DNA from: an uncultured Methanosarcinales archaeon
GTDB lineage: Archaea > Nanobdellota > Nanobdellia > Woesearchaeales > ARS49
NCBI GenBank assembly: GCA_964617195.1
Contig: CAZTVK010000019.1
Coordinates: 225,019-289,018, forward strand
DNA length: 64,000 bases
Direction: 5' to 3'
The notes below the pieces were generated by a model. It did no database searches. It had not been told where the DNA came from and saw only the letters and a program-made list of their open reading frames with translations. Shown here piece by piece: positions 38,014 to 46,736 of this stretch. Made by a program: the position numbers and the translations under genes. How positions within the stretch are numbered: the stretch's first letter is position 1; each line of letters starts with the position of its first letter.

Positions 38014-38247
38014 TTATCTGCGGCCGCCGCGTGCCATCTTTGCACGTGAAACATCGCCTGCCTTGTCGACAAAGTACAAGAATCCTGATTGCTTCTTTAC
38101 GCCGACTTTTGAAACTTTTTCAACTTTGCCAGCTTTTCCTTTTCGACCGCGTGCCATCTTTGCCCTGGAAACATCTCCTGCTTTGTCTACAAAGTATAGA
38201 TAGCCTGTTGCTTTCTTTACGCCAACTTTTGCTACTTTTTCTGCCAT
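38014..38247 (-). CDS. Small Lys/Arg-rich protein made of two tandem ~35-aa repeats (nucleic-acid-binding/chromatin protein candidate)
   Basis: 78 aa from ATG 38247 with GGAGG 4-11 nt upstream; repeats KVGVKKxxG(Y/F)LYFVDKAGDVSRAKMARG x2; ORF-track start at 38412 is an upstream extension without RBS. Confidence 0.55.
   Translation of the reverse strand: MAEKVAKVGVKKATGYLYFVDKAGDVSRAKMARGRKGKAGKVEKVSKVGVKKQSGFLYFVDKAGDVSRAKMARGGRR
38031..38245 (-). repeat. Two diverged tandem copies (~85% identical) of a ~105-bp unit inside the small basic protein gene
   Basis: cgtgccatctttgc(a/c)c…caaagta…ctttacgcc(g/a)acttttg… occurs at 38031 and again at 38151. Confidence 0.7.
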
Positions 38248-38342
38248 TTTGTTTTCCTCCGTCTTTTTTAAGAAGGTCTTAGAAAATAACCTTCCCCCGT
38301 CGATATTCTTTATCTGACTATTTTTAGAAAAACGCCTGATGT

Positions 38343-38552
38343 TTATAAAGTTTTCTTTTTTCTCGTCGGTAAACTCGCTTTTTTGTCGAGTTTCTCGTCG
38401 TGAACGAACCATTGAGGCTTAAGCAATTTTCTCAATTTCTCCGCCTGCTCAAGCCCGTCCTTATAGATAGCAGTGATTTCTTCTCTAGTTGGAACTGGAA
38501 TTTTTTCCAATTCTTTCGCCCGTTCCATCGCTTTACGCACTTCTTTTTTCAT
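38343..38552 (-). CDS. Hypothetical small charged protein
   Basis: 69 aa, Lys/Glu-rich, upstream of the basic repeat protein on same strand. Confidence 0.4.
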   Translation of the reverse strand: MKKEVRKAMERAKELEKIPVPTREEITAIYKDGLEQAEKLRKLLKPQWFVHDEKLDKKASLPTRKKKTL

Positions 38553-38670
38553 TTGAGTTGTTTAGACGCTATAATCTTATAAATTTATCGAAGCTAACAC
38601 CTCTTAACTCAACGAAAACTATATATACTACGCCGTAGGCTAAATTAATGTAACAAAAAAGGTGGGTTTG

Positions 38671-39300
38671 ATGCTGCAAAAAATAAAAAAATTCTTCACA
38701 AATTTCTTTGGCGGAACAAAACAAAACTTCAAACTCGGACTTTACGGACCACCAAACTCCGGCAAGACAACACTCGCAAACAAAATATGCATTGATTGGA
38801 CAGGAAAAGAAATGGGCAAAGTGAGTCCAGTAGCCCACGAAACTAGAGAAATCGGAGTAAAAGAAAACGTCACCATCAAAAGTAAAGATGGAAAAGAACT
38901 CATGTTCTCACTTATCGACACGCCTGGCATCGCAACAAAAATCGACTATGAGGACTTCATGAAAGCAGGAATGTCAGCAGGCCAGGCAAAAAAAAGAGCA
39001 AGAGAAGCAACAAAAGGAGTCATCGAAAGCATCAAATGGCTTGACGAAGTAGACACAGTAATGGTCGTGCTTGACGGCACACAAGACCCATACTCACAAG
39101 TAAATGTCACGATCATCGGCAACCTGCAGGCAAGAAACATACCAGTGCTCATCGTGGCAAATAAAGCAGACCTGAGAAAGTGCAAAGTCAAAAAAGTCCA
39201 ATCAGCTTTCCCACAATACGAAGTTCTAGGAGTAAGCGCCAAATACGGCAAAAATATCGACAAATTATACGAAAAACTATTCGAGCTCGCGAGAAAATAA
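38671..39300 (+). CDS. Small GTP-binding protein (MMR_HSR1/EngB-like)
   Basis: G1 GPPNSGKTT, G3 DTPG, G4 NKAD; likely ATG 38671 (ORF-track start 38662 is GTG). Confidence 0.75.
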   Translation: MLQKIKKFFTNFFGGTKQNFKLGLYGPPNSGKTTLANKICIDWTGKEMGKVSPVAHETREIGVKENVTIKSKDGKELMFSLIDTPGIATKIDYEDFMKAGMSAGQAKKRAREATKGVIESIKWLDEVDTVMVVLDGTQDPYSQVNVTIIGNLQARNIPVLIVANKADLRKCKVKKVQSAFPQYEVLGVSAKYGKNIDKLYEKLFELARK

Positions 39301-39301
39301 A

Positions 39302-39727
39302 ATGGTAACAATACAATTCGTACCCTACACGGAAATCGAAGGATTAACCGGACTCGGCAGGATCAGAAAACTCCTTAACATAGCAAAGATGAACAAAATA
39401 GTATTGCTCCAAGGACGCTTAAGAAAAGAAGAAGAAGCAGAACTAATCAAAACAACAATGGAAGAAATCGACAAAAAATTCAAAGGCATAGAACTCGCAG
39501 TAATCAACCCATCACAAACAGCGCAAGATGGTCTGCAAAAATTCAAATACGACCTTCTAGGATTATTCCTGGGAGAAAGCCAAGGCCTCACAATCATCGG
39601 ACCATCAAACATAGTCAAAAGCATCAAAAAAGATCCGAACAAAATAGAACTGCTCACATCGGAGGTATCGGCAAAAAGATTCGCCGGAACTTCCTCTTAT
39701 AAGTCGGAGGCGCGCAAGCGCAAATAA
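39302..39727 (+). CDS. Conserved archaeal protein of the GTPase-associated pair (DUF2073-like)
   Basis: 141 aa; immediately after the GTPase stop; conserved gene-neighbourhood in archaea. Confidence 0.45.
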   Translation: MVTIQFVPYTEIEGLTGLGRIRKLLNIAKMNKIVLLQGRLRKEEEAELIKTTMEEIDKKFKGIELAVINPSQTAQDGLQKFKYDLLGLFLGESQGLTIIGPSNIVKSIKKDPNKIELLTSEVSAKRFAGTSSYKSEARKRK

Positions 39728-39729
39728 CA

Positions 39730-40110
39730 ATGCCGCACCAGTGCGTCAGATGCAGCATCTTCTATGAAGACGGCGCAAAAGAAATCCTCAAAGGATGCCC
39801 ATGCGGAGCAAGACTCTTCTTCTTCATAAGAAAAGAAAAACTCGAAGCGGCAAGGAAAGTCCTCCCAACAGAACTGCCACCAGAACAGAAAAAACAAATA
39901 GAACAGGACGTCCTGAACTTAGTAGGATACACAGAAGACACGCCAGTAGTATTAGACTTTGAAAGCGTCAGAGTAGTCGAGCCAGGCAAATACGAGCTAG
40001 ACCTAGTGCAATTATTCAAAGGAGCACCATTAATATTCAAGCTCGAAGAAGGAAAATACGTTATAGATATAGTGGAAAGCTTCGAACGGTTACGAAAACC
40101 TAAAAAGTGA
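39730..40110 (+). CDS. Zn-ribbon protein (C-x2-C…C-x-C) of the same conserved triad
   Basis: 126 aa; HQCVRCS…GCPCG motif. Confidence 0.5.
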   Translation: MPHQCVRCSIFYEDGAKEILKGCPCGARLFFFIRKEKLEAARKVLPTELPPEQKKQIEQDVLNLVGYTEDTPVVLDFESVRVVEPGKYELDLVQLFKGAPLIFKLEEGKYVIDIVESFERLRKPKK

Positions 40111-40269
40111 GAAAAGTAAAAGTCGCGAAATAATCAGAATAGACGATTTTTACTATCCTCGACTTTTGCCCATTTATATATGAAATTTGACAAAAGTCAA
40201 GGAAAAGTAAGATTTATATATTAGAAGCAGTTAAGATTGACTATTACGTTTAAATGAGGTGACCGTCAA

Positions 40270-40758
40270 ATGGAAGAAGAACACCGAGGAATTGCACTCG
40301 TCATTCTTGGAATAATAGCAATCATCGCAGTTATCGGCCTTGTGCTCATGTTCTCAGGAGCAAAGAAAAGCACAGGAGCTATCTTTACAAGCGCTACAGA
40401 CGGCACGTACGTCTGCCCAATAGCCACAGAAGTGGGACAACCACAATGGTTCCCAGTCCTAGCAGGACCATACGAGAACCAGGCATTCCTAGAGAGATGG
40501 ATTGCAGCAGGTTACGAATGCCTCCCGGCAGCAGGCGCAACACAATTTGACGAGTACAGCTATTCAACCTGGTGTTGCAGAAACCCAGTCGTAGGCCAAG
40601 CAGGAATCAACCCGCAAGTCCTAGACAGAGGCGACACGTCACTTGACACCCGAAGAGGATTCGGAGTGCCAGTCGGCAGCAACCAATACGGCGGATCATA
40701 CCCTGTAGAATATCCATACGGATCAGGACAGGAAAACCCGCCACGACTCGGTCCATAA
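40270..40758 (+). CDS. Small secreted/membrane-anchored Cys-containing protein with class-III (prepilin-like) N-terminal signal
   Basis: 162 aa; MEEEHRG-IALVILGIIAIIAVIGLVLMF (charged-G-21 hydrophobic), 4 Cys, Gly/Pro/Tyr-rich C-terminus; locally elevated GC. Confidence 0.5.
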   Translation: MEEEHRGIALVILGIIAIIAVIGLVLMFSGAKKSTGAIFTSATDGTYVCPIATEVGQPQWFPVLAGPYENQAFLERWIAAGYECLPAAGATQFDEYSYSTWCCRNPVVGQAGINPQVLDRGDTSLDTRRGFGVPVGSNQYGGSYPVEYPYGSGQENPPRLGP

Positions 40759-41019
40759 ATGCGTTTTTATTTTTTAATTCTTATTTCTATTTTTTTTATA
40801 AGCACAATAGCTGTAATAACAGTAAACTCAATCACAGGCAACATTGCAGTAATAGCAGGCTGCCCGTCAAGATGCACCTACTTCCCATTTGAAACACAAG
40901 AAGACCTTGCACGCATTCAAAGCAGAATAGCAGAAAACTTCTTCATATACGACGTATACAACTCACCAGGCTATGGAACTGAAGGAGAATACGTAATATG
41001 CGCCTGTCCAAAAAACTAA
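40759..41019 (+). CDS. Small signal-anchored Cys-containing protein
   Basis: 86 aa; hydrophobic N-terminus, 4 Cys (GCPSRC…CAC). Confidence 0.45.
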   Translation: MRFYFLILISIFFISTIAVITVNSITGNIAVIAGCPSRCTYFPFETQEDLARIQSRIAENFFIYDVYNSPGYGTEGEYVICACPKN

Positions 41020-41940
41020 TTATTCCTCGTCAATAACAAGCCTGGCAACATTATTCGTCAAAGTCACCATAGTCCTGAACAATTCAGAAACGCCAGGGGG
41101 CAATTCTCCAGCTTCCTTCAGCAAATTCTCACGCTGCAAGGCAACACCATCAGCCACTTTCTTATCACGAGTAAAGTACGCCTTCATGACGTCCAAATAA
41201 CTCTTCTCAACCTTCTGAAGAACACCCTTAATCTTATCCTTCTTCTTCTCCTTAACCAAATAATCAGCCAACTGCTTAGCGCAATCAGCATAATTCTCCA
41301 GATTAATAGTCAAGTAATAGTAGCTCAGCACTTTATCGTTCGACAACTGGAAAAAGTCAGCAATCTGCTTATTCCGCAAAGAACTCTTCAACAAACGCAT
41401 CAACAAGAAGTAAGCACGATTAACCTCATAATCGCGAACAAAAACACTCTGCGCCAACTCAGCATTATCCAGAGAGCCAATACCGTCCTGAATCATGCTA
41501 CGCACAAGCATATCCATCCTGCGCAACGTCTTATCAATGCTGATTTCCTTCAAATTCAACAAGTCCTTAGCAACAATGCTGTTAGTAGTCTGGTCAGCAA
41601 CCTCCAACGCCACAAAATCGTGCAACATCTTCCGAATATCCTTAGTAAGCCTAGTCACACTCTGACCATTCAGAATAATAGTGTTGTAATTGTTGATATA
41701 CGCGCTAGTAATCTCGCGCTGAATAGTACTCAACTCCTTATCGTCAACAGGAATAGTAATCTCCTTCTGAGGCACCTGTTCATCCGCCTTACTTTCAGGA
41801 GTTATAGTGAGCTCCTTATCACCTTTCTCGTACAAATACACCAAATCGCCTTTCTTCAATTTATGACGATCAAGCCATTCTTTAGGAAGAGAAATCGTAT
41901 GCGAAGCCTGTCCTGCCTTAACCAGTCTACGAATAATCAT
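41020..41940 (-). CDS. Transcriptional regulator: AbrB/SpoVT swapped-hairpin DNA-binding domain fused to PhoU-like domains
   Basis: 306 aa; N-terminal MIIRRLVKAGQASHTISLPKEWLDRHKLKKGDLVYL (AbrB/MazE-like), remainder helical PhoU-like repeats. Confidence 0.7.
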   Translation of the reverse strand: MIIRRLVKAGQASHTISLPKEWLDRHKLKKGDLVYLYEKGDKELTITPESKADEQVPQKEITIPVDDKELSTIQREITSAYINNYNTIILNGQSVTRLTKDIRKMLHDFVALEVADQTTNSIVAKDLLNLKEISIDKTLRRMDMLVRSMIQDGIGSLDNAELAQSVFVRDYEVNRAYFLLMRLLKSSLRNKQIADFFQLSNDKVLSYYYLTINLENYADCAKQLADYLVKEKKKDKIKGVLQKVEKSYLDVMKAYFTRDKKVADGVALQRENLLKEAGELPPGVSELFRTMVTLTNNVARLVIDEE

Positions 41941-42019
41941 GTGTTCACCTTTTTAGTCGTACTATCGTACTTATGATACCATAAGTATATATAAATCTTT
42001 TGCCATGATAAATTTGATA

Positions 42020-42260
42020 CTGGCGTATCAGAAACCGCGAGGTTTCTGAGTACTCTCGGAATTCTGGCGAATTCCGAAGTATCACAACAACACGCAACGA
42101 AAGTTGCAGCATCACTCACAGGGCAGGTCTCAAAGGCCTGCCACTTCAAACTCATGCCAAGGAAACTCGCAGAATTTCCTGGTCATCAAAAATCGTGATT
42201 TTCAATGCAAACCCCCCAAAACAAATTGGCGCACCCCCACCTTTTTCTAGCGCCAATTAA
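42020..42260 (+). ncRNA. Candidate structured non-coding RNA or structured 5' leader (seven consecutive hairpins)
   Basis: Hairpins at 42028-42049 (9 bp, GCGA loop), 42057-42076 (8 bp), 42094-42107 (GAAA loop), 42122-42142, 42157-42182, 42188-42202, 42225-42257; TATA box 41986-41996 ~25 nt upstream; 5' tggcg and 3' cgcca could close the domain. Confidence 0.35.
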
Positions 42261-42272
42261 AACCGAGCTAGA

Positions 42273-43361
42273 ATGAACACTATCACAAACCCACAAACGC
42301 TTGAACGAGTCGACAATTTTCTTAGAAACATCACCAAACAAGACAAAATATGCATAATACACGACACAGACCCAGACGGAGTATGCTCAGCAGTAATAAT
42401 GGCGAAATGCATAGAACGCCTGCACGGAAAGAAAATAGACGTGAGAATTCCACTCGACAAAAAACAATACGGAATAACAGATAAAATGATGAAAAAAATT
42501 AAATCAAAAAAAATAACCAAGCTCATAACAACAGACTTCAGCGCAGAACACAACATACCAGTCCTGAAAGAAATAGAAAAACAAGCAGAAATACTCGTCG
42601 TCGACCACCACAAACTCTATGCAGACTACAAAAGCGACAAAACAATACTCTACAAACCACAATATTTCACAAACATAGAACCAAGCACCTATTGCACGGC
42701 CAAACTCGCATACGACGCAGCAAACAGAATGGTCGACGCAAAAGACTTGGACTGGGTAGCAGCAACAGCATGCATCGCAGACATCGCCACAGCACCCTGG
42801 AAAAAATGGCTATCAAACGTTTTCAAAAAATACAAAGTAAAAATGAAAAAAGAACTCTTCCAAACAGAAATCGGACAAGTAGCAGCCACAATCAGCAGCA
42901 CAGAAGTCTATGATGTCAAGCTCGTCCCACAATGCTATGACGTCTTCTATAAAGCAAAAAAGCCAAAAGACATCCTCACATCAAAACTAGGCAAGTACAA
43001 AAAAATAATCGACAAAGAACTGAACAAAAACCTTGTCCTATTCGAGAAAAAAGCAGAAAAACACAAAGAACTGCGCATCTATGAACTAGTTTCACCCTAC
43101 AGAGTCCACTCACCACTCAGCACAATCCTAGGACTCAAACACCCACACAAAACAGTCATAATCATTAACAAGACAGGAAACCCAATATCAGTCAGCGCCA
43201 GAAGACACGACAGAAAAATAGCAGTCAACAACCTGCTCGAAAAAGCGATCAAAGGTTTCGCAGGAGCAAACGCCGGCGGGCATGCACCAGCAGCAGGAGC
43301 AGGCTTCCACAAAAAATACTTATCAACATTCAGAAAGAGGCTCATACAATGGAACCAATGA
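42273..43361 (+). CDS. DHH-family phosphoesterase (NrnA-like nanoRNase/pAp phosphatase)
   Basis: 362 aa; motif I HDTDPDG, DHH motif VVDHHK, DHHA1-like C-terminus GGHAPAAG. Confidence 0.7.
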   Translation: MNTITNPQTLERVDNFLRNITKQDKICIIHDTDPDGVCSAVIMAKCIERLHGKKIDVRIPLDKKQYGITDKMMKKIKSKKITKLITTDFSAEHNIPVLKEIEKQAEILVVDHHKLYADYKSDKTILYKPQYFTNIEPSTYCTAKLAYDAANRMVDAKDLDWVAATACIADIATAPWKKWLSNVFKKYKVKMKKELFQTEIGQVAATISSTEVYDVKLVPQCYDVFYKAKKPKDILTSKLGKYKKIIDKELNKNLVLFEKKAEKHKELRIYELVSPYRVHSPLSTILGLKHPHKTVIIINKTGNPISVSARRHDRKIAVNNLLEKAIKGFAGANAGGHAPAAGAGFHKKYLSTFRKRLIQWNQ

Positions 43362-43457
43362 AAGTCGGAATGGCAGTAGCAAGCATAATTGTCGTAATGG
43401 CAATATTCGCAAGCATGCTTATCTTGAGCGGCAGATTTGTTTTTATCACGTGAACTC

Positions 43458-44543
43458 ATGAAAGTTCTAATATATTCTGGCAGCAACTGGAACGGACTGT
43501 GGTCGCACAGCCATGAACTTGCAAAATATTTTGCAAAACACACCAAAGTAATCTTCCTCAGCGTGCCATCCTGCCAAGACCCAGCACATCCAAACATAAG
43601 CAAGAAAACAGAATATCCAATACCGAAGAACACAACAGTCGTATTCTCAGACAAAGTATTCCAAAAATACACGCTACTGTATCTCATCTACACACAGTTC
43701 TACACTATAACAAAGTTTTTCTCCCTGCCAAAAGCAGAGCACTTCTTCCTCTACAACACATACGACATCCCATTCTTCATACTGGCAAAGATTTTCGGCA
43801 AGAAAGTACACTTTATGTACATAGACGATTACCCGGCACTCGCAAAGCACCCACTCCTCAAAGCAATCGCCACAATCGGAACTTGGCTATTCCTCAAATT
43901 CAGCAAAGACGTATTCTGCACGGCCAAAGTTCTCGAGCAAAAAGCAAGACTACACAATGACGAAGTCTACTACGTACCAAACTCGGTAAATCTGGAAGAT
44001 GCAAAGGATATTCGCCCCAAAACAAGAAAAGAATTCATCATAGGATTCGTAGGCACAATAGGGCACTGGGTGAGAACAGACCAAATACTCGACATAGCAC
44101 GCGCATTCAAAGACGCAAAAATATGGATAGTGGGATCAGGAGAAGGGCTTGCAACACTGCAAAAACACAAAAAACAAGAAAACCTAAAAAACCTAGAACT
44201 CTTCGGATTCGTATCCCATCAAAAAATGTACGAGCACATGTCCCAATTTAACATAGCCATAATCCCGTTCTACATAAACGAGATAACAAACGCAGTATCA
44301 CCAATCAAACTATTCGAATACTGGCTTGCAAAAAAGCCAGTCGTGTGCACGAAAACAACAGAACTCGCACAATTCAAAGGCGAAGTGTTATATGCAAACA
44401 AGAGCGAAGAATTTATTAAACAACTCAGGATGCTTAAAAACAATTCCAAACAAAGAAAGAAGCTGGCAGAAAAAGGATACAGTCTGGTAATGGAAAAGTA
44501 CAACTGGAACAAAATGATAGAGGTTTACCAAAAAGCACTATGA
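43458..44543 (+). CDS. Glycosyltransferase family 4-like
   Basis: GT-B C-terminal domain with EX7E-like block (EITNAVSPIKLFEY); ATG 43458 (ORF-track start 43437 is TTG). Confidence 0.7.
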   Translation: MKVLIYSGSNWNGLWSHSHELAKYFAKHTKVIFLSVPSCQDPAHPNISKKTEYPIPKNTTVVFSDKVFQKYTLLYLIYTQFYTITKFFSLPKAEHFFLYNTYDIPFFILAKIFGKKVHFMYIDDYPALAKHPLLKAIATIGTWLFLKFSKDVFCTAKVLEQKARLHNDEVYYVPNSVNLEDAKDIRPKTRKEFIIGFVGTIGHWVRTDQILDIARAFKDAKIWIVGSGEGLATLQKHKKQENLKNLELFGFVSHQKMYEHMSQFNIAIIPFYINEITNAVSPIKLFEYWLAKKPVVCTKTTELAQFKGEVLYANKSEEFIKQLRMLKNNSKQRKKLAEKGYSLVMEKYNWNKMIEVYQKAL

Positions 44544-45700
44544 AACTCTGCATTGTTGTCGGAACACGGCCAGAAATTATCAAAATGGCGCCCGTTATTC
44601 GCGAGTGCCAACGCAAAAAAATAGATTTCTTCATACTCCACAGCGGACAGCACTATGACTACAAAATGGACAAGCTGTTCTTCGAAGAACTCGAGCTACC
44701 ACAACCAAAATACAACCTAAGAGTAGGCTCACAACCATTCAGAAAACACGTTGGCATGATGATGAAAGGCATGATGAAAGTCTACCTAAAAGAGCAGCCA
44801 GATGCAGTAATCGTTCAAGGAGATACGATAACAATCCTAATGGGCGCCATGGCAGCAAAAAGATGGGACATACCGGTCGCACACCACGAAGCCGGACTCA
44901 GAAGCTACGACCTTTCCATGCCTGAAGAAATAAACAGAACACTAACCGACCACCTTTCCGAATTCCTCTTCGCACCAACCCAAGACGCCATCAAAAACAT
45001 CAAAGAAGAAGGGCTAAACGCAAAATACCACTCAAAAACAGGAAATACCATCGTTGATGCGGTCTTACAAAACATCAAACTGGCAGACAAAAAAGTAAAC
45101 ATACTCAAAACTTTTCACTTGCAATCCAAAAAATACTTTTTAGTAACCGCGCACAGGCAAGAAAACGTCGACAGACCACAGCGATTACAAGGAATTCTTA
45201 CAGGACTCGGAAAAATAAAACAAGCCTATCCTGCTTATAAAATAATTTATCCAATGCATCCCAGAACAAAGAAAAAAATTGCAGAGTTCAAACTTGTAAT
45301 TCCGAAAGGAATACAGGTCACAGAGCCAGTCGGCTTCCTCGAATTCCTCCAACTAGAAAAAAACGCAGCGCTCTGCATAACAGACTCAGGAGGCGTCCAA
45401 GAAGAATCGAGCATCCTTCATACCCCCTGCGTAACAATACGGGATAACACCGAACGGCCAGAAACCATCAAAGCAGGCATGAACGTGCTGGCAGGAACAG
45501 ACCCAGACAAAATACTTTCCTGTGCCAAAACCATGCTGAACAAAAAAATAAAGTGGAAAATGGTATTCGGTGACGGTCATGCAGCAGAAAGAATAGTTGA
45601 AGAACTCGTACTACAAATAAAGAAAAGAAAAAGCCTCACAGAAAGAATGAAGTGGATAATGCGGCTTCTCAAGAAAAATATAAAATCATTCCTTGGGTGA
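44540..45700 (+). CDS. wecB: UDP-N-acetylglucosamine 2-epimerase (non-hydrolysing)
   Basis: 386 aa; N-terminus VVGTRPEIIKMAPV…HSGQHYD, typical WecB/MnaA family. Confidence 0.9.
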   Translation: MKLCIVVGTRPEIIKMAPVIRECQRKKIDFFILHSGQHYDYKMDKLFFEELELPQPKYNLRVGSQPFRKHVGMMMKGMMKVYLKEQPDAVIVQGDTITILMGAMAAKRWDIPVAHHEAGLRSYDLSMPEEINRTLTDHLSEFLFAPTQDAIKNIKEEGLNAKYHSKTGNTIVDAVLQNIKLADKKVNILKTFHLQSKKYFLVTAHRQENVDRPQRLQGILTGLGKIKQAYPAYKIIYPMHPRTKKKIAEFKLVIPKGIQVTEPVGFLEFLQLEKNAALCITDSGGVQEESSILHTPCVTIRDNTERPETIKAGMNVLAGTDPDKILSCAKTMLNKKIKWKMVFGDGHAAERIVEELVLQIKKRKSLTERMKWIMRLLKKNIKSFLG

Positions 45701-45703
45701 ATT

Positions 45704-46711
45704 ATGAATCTAAAATATAACAAGGAACTAGCACTCAACTGGCTCAGGCGCTCACAACGCATGACAGGCAAAGGATTCAGCGCGTGGTACATACCAATAC
45801 TGGGCTGGGCGCAATCATACCCTGAAACCACAGGATACATCATACCAACAATGCTGCGTACAAGCAGCAAGGAAGACAAAAAAATAGCCCAACAAGCAGG
45901 AGACTGGCTTCTCACAATGCAAATGGAAAACGGAGCCATGCCTTGCATAGGAACAACAATCCCACTCGTATTCGACACAGGACAAGTAATATTCGGAATG
46001 ACGGCACTATACAAGGAAACACACAACAAAAAATATCTTGAATCAGCAAAAAAAGCCGGAGACTGGATAATAAAACAACAAGACTCAAAAGGATACTGGA
46101 TCAAGCACGCGTACCAAAACATGCCCCACACGTACTACTCGCGCGTCTCATGGGCGCTGCTCGAGCTTTGGAAAGTCACTAAGGATAAAGCATACAAACG
46201 ATCAGCAGAAAAACAACTCACATGGGTACTCAAACAACAACAGCCAAACGGATTCTTCCACTATAGCGGATTCTTCAGAAAAGATTTGGCAGTACTACAC
46301 ACAATAGCGTACACACTAGAAGGCCTAATAGAATCAGGAAAAATACTCAAAGACAAAAAACTACTTGATGCTGCCAGAAAAACCTGCAACGTACTTGTAA
46401 AACTTTCACCAGACGGAATACCCTACGGTCACTATGACGACCAGTGGCGGCCCAAGCTTACAGGCAGATGCATAACCGGAATTGCCCAAACAGCCCTGTG
46501 CCTGATTAGACTAGACACACGATACAAGCCAGCCGCAGAAAAAATGCTTAAGTACCTATGCGACGTACAAAACAAATCAAATAATCCGAACGTACGAGGA
46601 GCCCTTCCTGGTAGCGTGCCATTTTGGGGTTGGTATATGCCGTTCAGATACATCAATTGGGCAGCAAAATTCTTCATAGACGCCATAGATGCTTATCAAG
46701 CTAAGATTTAA
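45704..46711 (+). CDS. (alpha/alpha)6-toroid repeat protein (prenyltransferase/terpene-cyclase-like QW repeats)
   Basis: 335 aa; repeated GDW(L/I)…Q…NG…W motifs. Confidence 0.4.
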   Translation: MNLKYNKELALNWLRRSQRMTGKGFSAWYIPILGWAQSYPETTGYIIPTMLRTSSKEDKKIAQQAGDWLLTMQMENGAMPCIGTTIPLVFDTGQVIFGMTALYKETHNKKYLESAKKAGDWIIKQQDSKGYWIKHAYQNMPHTYYSRVSWALLELWKVTKDKAYKRSAEKQLTWVLKQQQPNGFFHYSGFFRKDLAVLHTIAYTLEGLIESGKILKDKKLLDAARKTCNVLVKLSPDGIPYGHYDDQWRPKLTGRCITGIAQTALCLIRLDTRYKPAAEKMLKYLCDVQNKSNNPNVRGALPGSVPFWGWYMPFRYINWAAKFFIDAIDAYQAKI

Positions 46712-46736
46712 ATAACAAACGCTCCCAGTAAGAAGC

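Noticed and set aside
38021-38030. gcggccgccgc palindrome (NotI-like site) as a regulatory element
   Set aside because: It is simply the coding sequence of the C-terminal RGGRR of the small basic protein.
38248-38412. Upstream extension of the small basic protein ORF (start 38412 in ORF track)
   Set aside because: Extension is low-complexity with no RBS. A canonical GGAGG-spaced ATG at 38247 begins exactly at the first repeat unit.
42110-42190. Possible RNase P RNA or SRP RNA identity for the structured element
   Set aside because: Strings resembling RNase P CR-I (AGGAAACUCG) and CR-V (CAGAAUUUCCUGG) are only ~10 nt apart, so the long-range P4 pseudoknot cannot form, and no complementary partner for GAAACUCG exists. 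SRP helix-8 motif (GGAA tetraloop with AGCAGCC internal loop) not found. Left as unclassified ncRNA.
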